Shown: piece after piece, positions 15,810 through 24,750 of the stretch | Numbering within the stretch: the stretch's first letter is position 1 | Layout: each line of letters starts with the position of its first letter | Origin: Acidimicrobiales bacterium | Lineage (GTDB): Bacteria > Actinomycetota > Acidimicrobiia > Acidimicrobiales > Bog-793 | Reading direction: 5' to 3' | DNA: 64,000 bases | Assembly: GCA_035294085.1 (NCBI GenBank) | Contig: DATGLP010000006.1 | Coordinates: 2,595-66,594 of the forward strand | Position numbers and translations under genes: made by a program | Notes under the pieces: model-generated | What the model saw: the letters and a program-made list of their open reading frames with translations, nothing else | Told to the model about the DNA's origin: nothing | Database searches by the model: none

Positions 15810-17008
15810 CGGGCACCGGCGAGGGCCAGGGCGCCGAGGGCGGCGGCCATCGAGCAGGGCACGGCCACGAGCCCGATGCGGCTCGCGCGCGCCGGCGACG
15901 GTCGCGCGCCGGCAGCGCGCGCCGCCTTCAGCCACAGGAGCCAGGCGAGCGAGCCGGTGACCGCCAGGTTCGGCCCCAGGTTGAGGCCGACGAGGAGCGC
16001 GAAGGGGTGCGGCACGCGGCCCGCCGCGAGGAGGGACGCCGCCGGCAGGTTGTTGACGAGGACCGAGACCGCCGCGCCGAGCGCCCCCGTCGCCCACCCG
16101 CCGAGGTGGGCGAGCAGGTCGGCGGGGCCGGACCACGACCGCCCGAGCACGCCGAGGGCTACCGCCACGCCGAAGAGGCCGACGAGGACGGGCAGGCCCA
16201 GCACCTCGAGGACGCGGCCGGGGCGCTCGCGCCGGGCGGCGAGGCGGAGCACGCTGGCGCCGGCGCCGACCCCGGCGACGGCCGGAGCCGGATCGCGCAG
16301 CACGACGACGAGGACGGTCACGGCAACGACGGCAAGCGCGCCGAGGCCGAGGACGGGGCGGCCGGGCTCGCCGGGCGCGTCGCGCCGGGCGCGCAGCGAA
16401 CGGCGCTCGGCGACGGCCACGACGGCGATCGTCACGGCGAGCGCCGCCAGCGCCGGAAGCCACATGCGCGCGGCGAAGCGGCGGCCGCCGAGGTGCAGGT
16501 GGCCGAGGACGATGAGGTTCGTGAGGTTCGAGCCCGGGAGCAGGAGGGAGCCGGCGTTCGAGCACAGCAGGCAGCCGTAGAGGAGGGGCGAGTCGTCCTC
16601 GTCCCGGCTCCTCGCGCAGTGCACGAGCACCGGGGTGAGGAAGGCGACGGACGTGTCGAGGTTGAGGACGGCCGTCACCGCGCCGACGACGAGCATCGCC
16701 CCGAGGAAGAGCGCGCCCCCGCCCGGCGCGAGCCGGGCGATCGCGCTGCCCGCGGCGGCGAACAGCCCGTCGCCGTCGGCCAGGAGCCCGACGAGCAGCA
16801 GCCCGGTGACGAGGACGAACGGGGGCCAGTCCTGGGCGGCGGCCGCCGCGGCCGCGCCCGGTCTCGCCCCGGCCGCGGCCGCCAGGCCCGCGAGTCCCGC
16901 CAGACCGAACGCGCGCCAGGCGGCGCGCCGCGGGCCGGGCCGCCGCCCGGCTGCGCCGGCCGTGCGGGCGAGCGCCGCGCTGAGGGCGCCCCGGAGGCGG
17001 CCACGCAC
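15806..17008 (-). CDS. ArsB/NhaD-superfamily (citrate-transporter-like) permease
   Basis: 400-aa polytopic ORF. Blocks LNLDTSVAFLTPV, GSNLTNLIV and VNNLPA are typical of the ArsB/NhaD permease fold. It lies 18 nt downstream of lpd on the same strand. Confidence 0.6.
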   Translation of the reverse strand: MRGRLRGALSAALARTAGAAGRRPGPRRAAWRAFGLAGLAGLAAAAGARPGAAAAAAAQDWPPFVLVTGLLLVGLLADGDGLFAAAGSAIARLAPGGGALFLGAMLVVGAVTAVLNLDTSVAFLTPVLVHCARSRDEDDSPLLYGCLLCSNAGSLLLPGSNLTNLIVLGHLHLGGRRFAARMWLPALAALAVTIAVVAVAERRSLRARRDAPGEPGRPVLGLGALAVVAVTVLVVVLRDPAPAVAGVGAGASVLRLAARRERPGRVLEVLGLPVLVGLFGVAVALGVLGRSWSGPADLLAHLGGWATGALGAAVSVLVNNLPAASLLAAGRVPHPFALLVGLNLGPNLAVTGSLAWLLWLKAARAAGARPSPARASRIGLVAVPCSMAAALGALALAGAR

Positions 17009-17026
17009 GACCAGCGCGGGCGCTCG

Positions 17027-18466
17027 CTAGGCCGGCAGCTGGTGCAGGCGCCGACCCGCCAGGGTGAGGTGCGCCTCGCCGACCGCCTCCGACAGCGACG
17101 GGTGCGGGTGGATGAGGTCGGCGACGTCGAGCGGCAGCGCCTCCCAGCTCGTGATGAGCATGCCCTCGGCGATGAGCTCCGTGACGTGCGGCCCGACGAG
17201 GTGGACGCCGACGACGGGGCCGCCGCGCTCGGCCACGAGCTTCACCATGCCGCCCTCGCCGTAGATGAGGCCCTTCGCGATCGCGCCGAGGGGGAGGCGG
17301 TTGGTGACGACGTCCATCCCCCGCTCGCGCGCCTCGGGCTCGGTGAGCCCCACGCTCGCCGCCTCGGGCAGCGAGTAGGTGGCGCGCGGCACGTTCGCGT
17401 AGCTGATCGGGGACGGGTCCCTGCCGGCGAGCACCTCGGCGACGAGGAGGCCCTCGGCGAAGGAGGCGTGCGCGAGGGCGAGGGAGGGGGGCGGGAGGAC
17501 GTCGCCGACGACGTGCACGCCCGGCACGTGGGTCTCCAGCCGCTCCCAGCTCGCGGGGAGGACGTAGCCCCGCTCGAGGCGGACGCCGATCTCCTCGAGC
17601 CCGAGGCCCTCGGTCACCGGCGCGCGGCCGATCGCGCTGAGCAGGCGCTCGGCGACGATGGTGCGCGCCCCGTCCTCGCCGCGCACGACGGCGCGCACCT
17701 CGCCCCCGACCGCCTCGACCTCCTCGACGCGGGCCTTGACGAGGACGGCGACGCCCTTGCGGCGCAGGGCTCGCTGCATCTCGCGGCTCACGTCCGGGTC
17801 CTCGGTCGGCAGCACCCGCTCGAGCACCTCGACGAGCGTCACCTCGGCGCCGAAGGCCCGGTAGAAGGTGGCGAACTCCACGCCGATCGCGCCGGCGCCG
17901 ACGATGAGCACCGACGCCGGGAGGTGCTCCGAGCGAGTGGCCTCGTCGGAGGTCACCACCAGTGTTCCGTCCGCGGGCGCGCCGGGCAGCTGGCGCGGCC
18001 TGCTGCCGGTGGCGACGACGAGGCCGCGCCGGGCGCGCAGCTCGACGGGCGCCGTGAGCTCGCCGCCCGGCACGGGGGTGACCTCGACCGTGCGCGGGGA
18101 GGTGACCCGGCCCGTGCCGGCGAAGAGCGCGACCTTCTCCTGGGCGAGGTGGCCGAGCAGGCCCCGGTAGTTCCGCTCGACGATGTCGTCGCGTGTCGCC
18201 CCGAGGGCCTTGGCGTCGACGCGGGTGACCTGCGACGCGATCCCCCACCGCCGGGCGCCGTCCTCGATCGCCTCGCGCACGCTCGCGGCGTGCAGGAGCG
18301 CCTTGCTCGGGATGCAGCCCCGGTGGAGGCAGGTCCCGCCGACGAGGTCCCGCTCGACGAGGGCAGCGCGCAGCCCGAGGCCGCTCGCGCGCAGCGCGGC
18401 CGAGTAGCCACCCGTGCCGCCGCCGAGCACGACGACGTCGAACTCCTCCGAACGGTGCTCGCCCAT
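17027..18466 (-). CDS. lpdA: dihydrolipoyl dehydrogenase (E3)
   Basis: Internal ATG 18466 of a longer ORF. FAD motif DVVVLGGGTGGYSAA. Redox disulfide GGTCLHRGCIPSK. C-terminal HPHPSLSE. Confidence 0.9.
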   Translation of the reverse strand: MGEHRSEEFDVVVLGGGTGGYSAALRASGLGLRAALVERDLVGGTCLHRGCIPSKALLHAASVREAIEDGARRWGIASQVTRVDAKALGATRDDIVERNYRGLLGHLAQEKVALFAGTGRVTSPRTVEVTPVPGGELTAPVELRARRGLVVATGSRPRQLPGAPADGTLVVTSDEATRSEHLPASVLIVGAGAIGVEFATFYRAFGAEVTLVEVLERVLPTEDPDVSREMQRALRRKGVAVLVKARVEEVEAVGGEVRAVVRGEDGARTIVAERLLSAIGRAPVTEGLGLEEIGVRLERGYVLPASWERLETHVPGVHVVGDVLPPPSLALAHASFAEGLLVAEVLAGRDPSPISYANVPRATYSLPEAASVGLTEPEARERGMDVVTNRLPLGAIAKGLIYGEGGMVKLVAERGGPVVGVHLVGPHVTELIAEGMLITSWEALPLDVADLIHPHPSLSEAVGEAHLTLAGRRLHQLPA

Positions 18467-18583
18467 GCGCGACCTCCCCGTCGCCGGCCGGACCGCGACC
18501 GACGGCCGCGACAGACCGTACCCGGGAACGGCGCGCGTCGCCCACCTGGCCGGCCCGCGCCGGCGATCGGTAACAATGGGCCC

Positions 18584-19051
18584 GTGCGCGTCCGGGAGAT
18601 CATGACCACGCCCGTCGTGACCGTCCCGCCCGACGCCCCCGTGGGCGAGATCGCGCAGCTCCTCGTCCGGCGCCGGATCAGCGCGGTCCCGGTCGTCGAC
18701 GCCGCCGGGGCTCCGATCGGGATCGTGAGCGAGCACGACCTGCTCGCCCGGACCGGAGCGAGCGCCGCCGAGGTGATGACCTCGGCGCTCATCACCGTGA
18801 GCGAGGAGACCGACGTCGAGGACGTGCGCCACCTCCTCCTCGAGCGGCGCATCCGGCGCGTGCCCGTCATGCGCGCCGGGAGGCTCGTCGGGATCGTGAG
18901 CCGCGCCGACCTCGTCGCGACGCTCGCGACCGAGTGGGTCTGCCAGGTCTGCGGCGAGCCGGTGCGTTCCACCGAGGCGCCGCAGGGCTGCCCGCGCTGC
19001 CTCGGCGGCCGGGAGCGCTTCGTCCTCCAAGAGCAGCCCCCGGGGAGCTGA
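18584..19051 (+). CDS. CBS-pair domain protein with C-terminal CxxC..CxxC zinc ribbon
   Basis: Tail of a long shadow ORF. Starts at GTG 18584 (or ATG 18602). Two CBS repeats (IMTTPVVTV...ISAVPVVD and VMTSALITV...IRRVPVM), then CQVCGEPVRSTEAPQGCPRC. Confidence 0.75.
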   Translation: MRVREIMTTPVVTVPPDAPVGEIAQLLVRRRISAVPVVDAAGAPIGIVSEHDLLARTGASAAEVMTSALITVSEETDVEDVRHLLLERRIRRVPVMRAGRLVGIVSRADLVATLATEWVCQVCGEPVRSTEAPQGCPRCLGGRERFVLQEQPPGS

Positions 19052-19122
19052 GCGTGCGGCGGAGGGCAGGGCAGGGGCGGACAGGCGAGGAAGCCGGCGA
19101 GGCACCTGGCGCCGAGAGGGCC

Positions 19123-20169
19123 GTGCCGGCCGAGCTCGCGGGCGAGAAGCCGGAGGTCCTCGTCGGGTACTACCGGCAGATGGCGCTCATCCGGGCGTTC
19201 GAGCTGCGCGCCGCCGAGATGTACGCGAAGGCTCGCATCGGCGGCTACTGCCACCTCAACCTCGGCGAGGAGGCGACCGTCGTCGGCCTCGTCGACGCGC
19301 TCGAGGCCCGCGACTACCTCTTCGCCACCTACCGCGAGCACGGCTACGCGCTGGCGCGCGGCGTCGAGCCCGGGCGCGTCATGGCCGAGCTGTTCGGACG
19401 GGCGACGGGCGTCTCGGGGGGCTGGGGTGGCTCGATGCACCTGTTCGACGCGGCTCGGCGTCTCCTCGGCGGGTACGGCATCGTCGGCGGCCAGCTGCCT
19501 CCCGCGACCGGCGCGGCGCTCGCCATCGCCTACCGAAGCGAGCCGGGTCCACAGGCCGAGGCCGTGGTGTGCCTGCTCGGCGACGGGGCCACGAACACCG
19601 GGGCGTTCCACGAGTCGCTCAACCTGGCGGCGATCTGGAAGCTCCCGATCGTCTACGTGTGCGTGAACAACGGCCTCGGCATGGGCACGCCGGTCGAGGC
19701 CGCGTCGGGCGAGCCGGAGCTGTACCGGCGCGGCTGCTCCTACCGCATCGTCGGCGAGCGGGTCGACGGGAACGACCCCCTCGCGGTGCGGGACGCGGCC
19801 CGGCGCGCCCTCGAGGCGGCGCGCGAGCAGCGCCAGCCCCGCCTCCTCGAGGCCGTGAGCTACCGCCTGCGCGGCCACTCGGTCGTCGACCCCGCCCGCT
19901 ACCGCAGCCGGGAGGAGACCGAGCGGCTGCGTGCCCTCGACCCGCTGCCGGCGTGGCGCTCCCGCCTCATCGCGGCGGGGATCCTCAGCCTCGAGGAGGC
20001 CCAGCGCATCGACGCCGAGGCGGAGGAGGCCGTGTCCGCCGCGGTGGCCTTCGCCGAGGAGAGCCCGGACCCGCCGGTCTCGGAGCTCTTCGCCCACGCC
20101 TACGCGACGCCGGTGGCGAACGCGCCACGCGCCCTCCCGGGCGACCCCCTCCCCACCGAGAGACCCTGA
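19123..20169 (+). CDS. pdhA: pyruvate dehydrogenase E1 alpha subunit
   Basis: YRQMALIRAFELRAAEMYAKARIGGYCHLNLGEEA. ThDP motif GDGATNTGAFHES...VCVNNGLGMG. Start is ambiguous: GTG 19123 is preceded by GAGAGGG, and GTG 19054 is also in frame. Confidence 0.85.
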   Translation: MPAELAGEKPEVLVGYYRQMALIRAFELRAAEMYAKARIGGYCHLNLGEEATVVGLVDALEARDYLFATYREHGYALARGVEPGRVMAELFGRATGVSGGWGGSMHLFDAARRLLGGYGIVGGQLPPATGAALAIAYRSEPGPQAEAVVCLLGDGATNTGAFHESLNLAAIWKLPIVYVCVNNGLGMGTPVEAASGEPELYRRGCSYRIVGERVDGNDPLAVRDAARRALEAAREQRQPRLLEAVSYRLRGHSVVDPARYRSREETERLRALDPLPAWRSRLIAAGILSLEEAQRIDAEAEEAVSAAVAFAEESPDPPVSELFAHAYATPVANAPRALPGDPLPTERP

Positions 20170-20179
20170 GGAACGCTCG

Positions 20180-21163
20180 ATGGCGGAGATGAGCTACCGG
20201 CAGGCGCTCCACGACGCGCTGCGCGCCGAGATGCTGCGCGACGAGGCGGTGTTCCTCATCGGCGAGGAGATCGGCGTCTTCGAGGGCTCCTACAAGATCA
20301 CGGCCGGGCTCCTCGCCGAGTTCGGCCCGCGACGCGTGCGCGACACCCCGATCAGCGAGGCGGGCTTCGTCGGGGCGGCCGTCGGCGCGGCGATGCTCGG
20401 TCTGCGGCCGGTCGTCGAGATCATGACGATCAACTTCAGCCTGCTCGCGATCGACCAGATCGTGAACCACGCGGCGAAGGTGCACGCCATGTTCGGCGGG
20501 CAGGCGACCGTGCCCCTCGTCATCCGGACGCCCGGAGGCGGCGGCCAGCAGCTCGGGGCGACGCACTCGCAGAACATCGAGGTCTACTACGCCCACATGC
20601 CAGGCCTGAAGGTGGTGGCGCCCGCCACGCCCGCGGACGCGAAGGGTCTGCTCACCGCAGCGATCCGCGACGACGACCCCGTCCTCGTCGTGGAGAACCT
20701 CGCCCTGTACAACACGAGGGGCGAGGTCCCCGACGGTCCCCACCTCGTCGAGATCGGCACCGCCCAGGTGACGAAGGCCGGACGCGACGTCACGGTCGTC
20801 GCCTACTCGCGGGCCGCGGCGATCGCGCTCGACGTCGCCCGGCGGCTCGAGGAGGACGGCATCTCGGTCGAGGTGGTCGACCTGCGAAGCCTTCGCCCGC
20901 TCGACCGCCCGACGATCTGCGCCTCGGTGCGCAAGACGACCCGCGCCGTCGTCCTCGAGGACGACTGGCTGAGCTACGGCGTCGGTGCCGAGGTCGCCGC
21001 GACCATCCAGGAGGGCGCCTTCGACTACCTCGACGCCCCGGTGCGGCGGGTCGCTGCAGCCGAGGTGCCGCTCCCCTACTCGAAGCCCCTCGAGTCCGCC
21101 GCGCTCCCCGACGCGGCTGCCCTCGAGCGGGCGATCCGCGAGACGCTCGACGGTAGGCGTTGA
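20180..21163 (+). CDS. pdhB: pyruvate dehydrogenase E1 beta subunit
   Basis: ATG 20180. MSYRQALHDALRAEMLRDEAVFLIGEEIG...DTPISEAGF is a typical E1 beta sequence. Confidence 0.9.
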   Translation: MAEMSYRQALHDALRAEMLRDEAVFLIGEEIGVFEGSYKITAGLLAEFGPRRVRDTPISEAGFVGAAVGAAMLGLRPVVEIMTINFSLLAIDQIVNHAAKVHAMFGGQATVPLVIRTPGGGGQQLGATHSQNIEVYYAHMPGLKVVAPATPADAKGLLTAAIRDDDPVLVVENLALYNTRGEVPDGPHLVEIGTAQVTKAGRDVTVVAYSRAAAIALDVARRLEEDGISVEVVDLRSLRPLDRPTICASVRKTTRAVVLEDDWLSYGVGAEVAATIQEGAFDYLDAPVRRVAAAEVPLPYSKPLESAALPDAAALERAIRETLDGRR

Positions 21164-21191
21164 GACTGGGCCGTTGGGACAACGTTGAGAC
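21158..21191 (+). repeat. three direct copies of CGTTGRGAC in the pdhB-E2 spacer
   Basis: CGTTGAGAC (21158..21166), CGTTGGGAC (21172..21180) and CGTTGAGAC (21183..21191). The first copy overlaps the pdhB stop. The last abuts the AAGGAG RBS of the E2 gene. Confidence 0.5.
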
Positions 21192-21202
21192 AAGGAGCGC
21201 AC

Positions 21203-22447
21203 GTGGCCGACGTCGTCATGCCCCGCCTCTCCGACACGATGCAGGAAGGCACCGTGGCCCGCTGGCTGAAGCGCCCGGGCGAGCGCGTGCAGCGCGGCGA
21301 CGTGCTCGCCGAGATCGAGACCGACAAGGCCACGATGGACCTCGAGGCGTTCGAGGACGGGGTCGTGGAGCGCCTCCTCGTCGAGGAGGGCGCGACGGTG
21401 CCCATCGGTCAGCCGATCGCGTCGATCGGCACGCCCGGCGTGGCCTCGGCGACGCCCGAGGCGCCGCGCGCACCGGCCCCAGCACCACCACCTGCACCAC
21501 CACCTGCACCCGTGCCCGCCGGCGACGCCGCGCCCGGCCACGCCCCCGTGCCCGGCGGCGGCGCGCCGCCCGCCGCCCCCGAGGAGGCCGCGTCGGTGCG
21601 CAGCTCCCCGCTCGCCCGCACGCTCGCCCGGCGCCACGGCGTCGACCTCGCCAGCCTCTCGGGCAGTGGTCCGGGCGGACGAGTCGTGCGCGCGGACGTG
21701 GAGCGCGCCATTGCCGGCACGGCGCGCGCACCCGAGACGCCCCCGGCGGGCCCGGGCGTCGCCGACGTCGAGGAGGTCGCCCTCTCTCGCGTGCGCCGCC
21801 GTACGGCGGAGCGGCTGAGCGAGAGCGCGCTCGTGCCGACCTTCTCGCTCACGAGCACGGTCGACGCCGGGCGCCTCGTGGACCTGCGCGCCGAGCTCAA
21901 CGAGCACCTCGCCCCCGACGGCGAGCGGGTGACGGTCACCGACCTCCTCGTGAAGGCGTGCGCGACCGTCCTCACCCAGCACCCGGCGGTGAACGCGTCC
22001 TTCGCGAACGACCGGATCCTCCGCTTCCGCCGAGTCCACATCGGCGTCGCCGTGGCCGTCCCCGACGGCCTCATCGTGCCCGTCGTCCACGACGCCGACG
22101 CGAAGACCCTCCGCCAGGTGGCCGCCGAGGCCCGTGCCCTCGCCGAGCGGGCCCGGGCCGGCACGCTCACCCTGGACGACGTGAGCGGCGGCACCTTCAC
22201 AATCAGCAACCTCGGCATGTACGGCATCGACGACTTCACCGCCGTCATCAACCCGCCCCAGGCGGCGATCCTCTCGGTCGGCGCCGTCGCGCCGACCCCG
22301 GTGGTGCGCGACGGAGCGCTCGCGATCGGCACGACGATGAAGGTCACCCTCACGGTCGACCATCGGGCACTCGACGGCGCCGGTGCGGCGGCCTTCCTCG
22401 CCGACCTGCGCCGCGTGCTCGAGCACCCCCTCGGCCTCGTGCTCTAG
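21203..22447 (+). CDS. pdhC: dihydrolipoamide acetyltransferase (E2), single lipoyl domain
   Basis: GTG 21203 lies 6 nt after AAGGAG. Lipoyl motif EIETDKATMD, a Pro/Ala linker, a subunit-binding domain (SPLARTLARRHGVDL) and catalytic DHRALDG. Confidence 0.9.
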   Translation: MADVVMPRLSDTMQEGTVARWLKRPGERVQRGDVLAEIETDKATMDLEAFEDGVVERLLVEEGATVPIGQPIASIGTPGVASATPEAPRAPAPAPPPAPPPAPVPAGDAAPGHAPVPGGGAPPAAPEEAASVRSSPLARTLARRHGVDLASLSGSGPGGRVVRADVERAIAGTARAPETPPAGPGVADVEEVALSRVRRRTAERLSESALVPTFSLTSTVDAGRLVDLRAELNEHLAPDGERVTVTDLLVKACATVLTQHPAVNASFANDRILRFRRVHIGVAVAVPDGLIVPVVHDADAKTLRQVAAEARALAERARAGTLTLDDVSGGTFTISNLGMYGIDDFTAVINPPQAAILSVGAVAPTPVVRDGALAIGTTMKVTLTVDHRALDGAGAAAFLADLRRVLEHPLGLVL

Positions 22448-22501
22448 CGACCCGATGGGACGCCCGGGCACGGTCCCAGCCGACGACGGCGGCGCCTGAG
22501 C

Positions 22502-23242
22502 GTGGGGCCGCGCGCCGAGGAGCCGGCCCTCGCGCCCCTCGACGAGTCCTTCGAGCGGGCGCTCATCGTCGTCGCCCACCCCGACGACGTCGACTACAGC
22601 GGCCTCGGTGCCGCCGCTCACCGCTGGACGGCGCGCGGCAAGCACGTCGCCTACCTCGTCTGCTCGAGAGGCGAGGCGGGAATCGACGCCCTGGAACCGG
22701 AGGCGGCGGCGCCCCTGCGCTGCGCCGAGCAGCTCGCCGCCGCGCGCGCCGTCGGGGTGCGCGCGGTCGAGTTCGCCGAGTTCGCCGACGGTGCCATCGA
22801 GTACAGCGTGGCCCTCCGCTGCCGGATCGCGGCGGCGATCCGGCGGCACCGTCCCGGCGCCGTCTTCACGCTCAGCCCGCACGCGCGCGGCGGGGGCGGC
22901 GGGCTCAACCTGGCAGACCACCGCGTCGTCGCCCGAGCGGCGCTCGACGCCGTGCGCGACGCCGCCAACCGCTGGGTCTGCCGGGAGCTTCTCCGCGAGG
23001 GGCTCGAGCCGTGGCACGGCGTGCACCTCGCGGCCTGCGCCACCTCGCCGCGGCCGACGCATGCCCTCGACCTCACGGGCTCGGTCGAGGCCGGCGTCGC
23101 GGGCCTGCTCGAGCACCGCGCCTACCTGGCGTCCGTCGGCAGCCCCGAGGGTGCCGCGCGCGCCCTGCGCGCGAGCCTGGCCGCGGCGGGGACGGCCGCC
23201 GGCTGCGAGGCCGCGCTCGCGCTGGAGGTGCTCGCCCTGTGA
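22502..23242 (+). CDS. PIG-L/LmbE family deacetylase
   Basis: 246-aa ORF. VVAHPDDVDYSG plus downstream His/Asp positions are typical of the LmbE fold. Confidence 0.7.
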   Translation: MGPRAEEPALAPLDESFERALIVVAHPDDVDYSGLGAAAHRWTARGKHVAYLVCSRGEAGIDALEPEAAAPLRCAEQLAAARAVGVRAVEFAEFADGAIEYSVALRCRIAAAIRRHRPGAVFTLSPHARGGGGGLNLADHRVVARAALDAVRDAANRWVCRELLREGLEPWHGVHLAACATSPRPTHALDLTGSVEAGVAGLLEHRAYLASVGSPEGAARALRASLAAAGTAAGCEAALALEVLAL

Positions 23243-23486
23243 CCTGCGCCCACCGCGCGCTCGTGCGCTGGGTCGCGGACACCCGGCCGACGCGGACGCG
23301 CGCCCCGCGCCGCCGCTGACCGCCGAGGAGCTCGACGCAGGCCGTCGCAGGCGAGCTCTCACCGGGCTGCCGAGACCACGGGCGCGGCGCCTCTCGGCGG
23401 GTCCCTCGCGAGCGTCGGGGGCGCGCCGGCACCGGCGGTGGGCCGCTCGCCTCGCCGCTCGCGCAGCCGGTGGTTAGCCTCGACCC

Positions 23487-24719
23487 GTGCGCACGGACCT
23501 CCTCGCCGGGGAGCGGGCACCGAACCGGCTGAGCCCCTGGCGGTTCGTGCTCGTGTTCGGCGTCGTGAGCATGCTCGCCGACTTCGTCTACGAGGGCGCC
23601 CGCAGCATCGTCGGCCCGTACCTCGCCACCTTCGGCGCGAGCGCCGCCGTCGTCGGCGTGGTGACCGGCGCGGGCGAGGCCGCGGCGCTGCTCTTCCGCT
23701 TCGTCACCGGGCCGCTGTCGGACCGCACCCGCCGCTACTGGCCGATCACCATCGCCGGCTACGTCATCACCGTGGCCGCCGTGCCGCTGCTCGCCGCGGT
23801 CGCCACGCTCTGGCAGGCGGCGGTCGCCGTCGTCGCCGAGCGCTTCGGGAAGGCGGTGCGCACCCCGGCGCGCGACACGATGCTCGGCCACGCCAGTGCC
23901 GGCCTGGGCCGCGGACGGGCGTTCGCGGTCCACGAGGCCCTCGACCAGTCCGGCGCCCTCCTCGGGCCGTTGGTGGTCGCCGGCATGATCGCGCTCTCCG
24001 GCTTCCGGCTCGGGTTCGCCGTACTCGCGATCCCCGGGGCGCTCGCGGTCGCCCTGCTCGGGCACCTCCGCCGTGCCGTGCCGACCCCTGCCGCCTACGA
24101 CCCCGTCGGCAGCGACGCCGTCGCCGCTGCTCGCGCCGGCACGCCCGAGCCGTGGTGGCGCTTCTCTCGCCGCTTCTGGGCCTACAGCGCGTTCACGGCC
24201 CTCACGATGCTGGGCTTCGCCACCTTCGGCGTCCTCGCCTACCACCTCGCCGTGGCCCGCGTCCTGCCCGCCTGGCAGATCCCGATCGTCTATGCCGCGG
24301 CCATGGGCGTCGACGCGCTCGCGGCGCTCGCCTCTGGCTGGTGCTACGACCGGATCGGTCTCCGAGGCCTCCTCGCGCTCCCGGCGCTGACCGCCGTCGT
24401 ACCGTTCCTCGCCTTCAGCGACCGGCCGGTGCTCGCCTGGATCGGGGCCCTCGTGTGGGGTGCGGCCGTCGGGGTGCACGAGTCGACGATGCGCGCCGCG
24501 GTCACCGACCTCGTGCCCGCCGCCCGTCGCGGCACCGGCTACGGCACCTTCACCGCGGCCTACGGGCTGGCGTGGCTTGGCGGCAGCGCGATCATCGGCG
24601 CCCTCTACGACACCTCGCTCGCCGGCCTGCACGTGTTCGTCCTCGCGACGCAGGCCGCCGCGCTCGTCGCGTTCGTGCCGATGGCGCTCGGCCGTACCGG
24701 CGCCGCCAGCCCGCCGTGA
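23487..24719 (+). CDS. MFS transporter
   Basis: 410-aa ORF with about 12 TM and an MFS-like loop GPLSDRTRRYWP between TM2 and TM3. Confidence 0.75.
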   Translation: MRTDLLAGERAPNRLSPWRFVLVFGVVSMLADFVYEGARSIVGPYLATFGASAAVVGVVTGAGEAAALLFRFVTGPLSDRTRRYWPITIAGYVITVAAVPLLAAVATLWQAAVAVVAERFGKAVRTPARDTMLGHASAGLGRGRAFAVHEALDQSGALLGPLVVAGMIALSGFRLGFAVLAIPGALAVALLGHLRRAVPTPAAYDPVGSDAVAAARAGTPEPWWRFSRRFWAYSAFTALTMLGFATFGVLAYHLAVARVLPAWQIPIVYAAAMGVDALAALASGWCYDRIGLRGLLALPALTAVVPFLAFSDRPVLAWIGALVWGAAVGVHESTMRAAVTDLVPAARRGTGYGTFTAAYGLAWLGGSAIIGALYDTSLAGLHVFVLATQAAALVAFVPMALGRTGAASPP

Positions 24720-24750
24720 GCGTCGCCACCCTGGCGCCGCCTCGCCCGGC

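Noticed and set aside
13320-19051. Giant ORFs of 1741 aa (13320..18545, minus) and 1833 aa (13550..19051, plus)
   Set aside because: They are stop-free shadow frames typical of very GC-rich DNA. Their translations are Arg/Ala/Gly/Pro low-complexity sequence. They overlap well-supported genes in other frames (metE, permease, lpd, CBS). Only the last ~155 codons of the plus ORF (the CBS protein) look real.
21470-21520. Tandem 12-bp repeat gcaccaccacct x2
   Set aside because: It encodes the Pro/Ala-rich flexible linker (PAPAPPPAPPPAPVP) of the E2 acetyltransferase, a normal feature of these proteins.
19985-23362. 1125-aa minus-strand ORF, and similar long antisense ORFs (e.g. 26888..30058, 33007..34617, 40330..43200, 43246..44829, 51096..52916)
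   Set aside because: They are antisense shadows of the pdh, molybdoenzyme, binding-protein, ThDP and PrpD genes. Their composition is dominated by Arg/Gly/Ala/Pro. No recognisable motifs.
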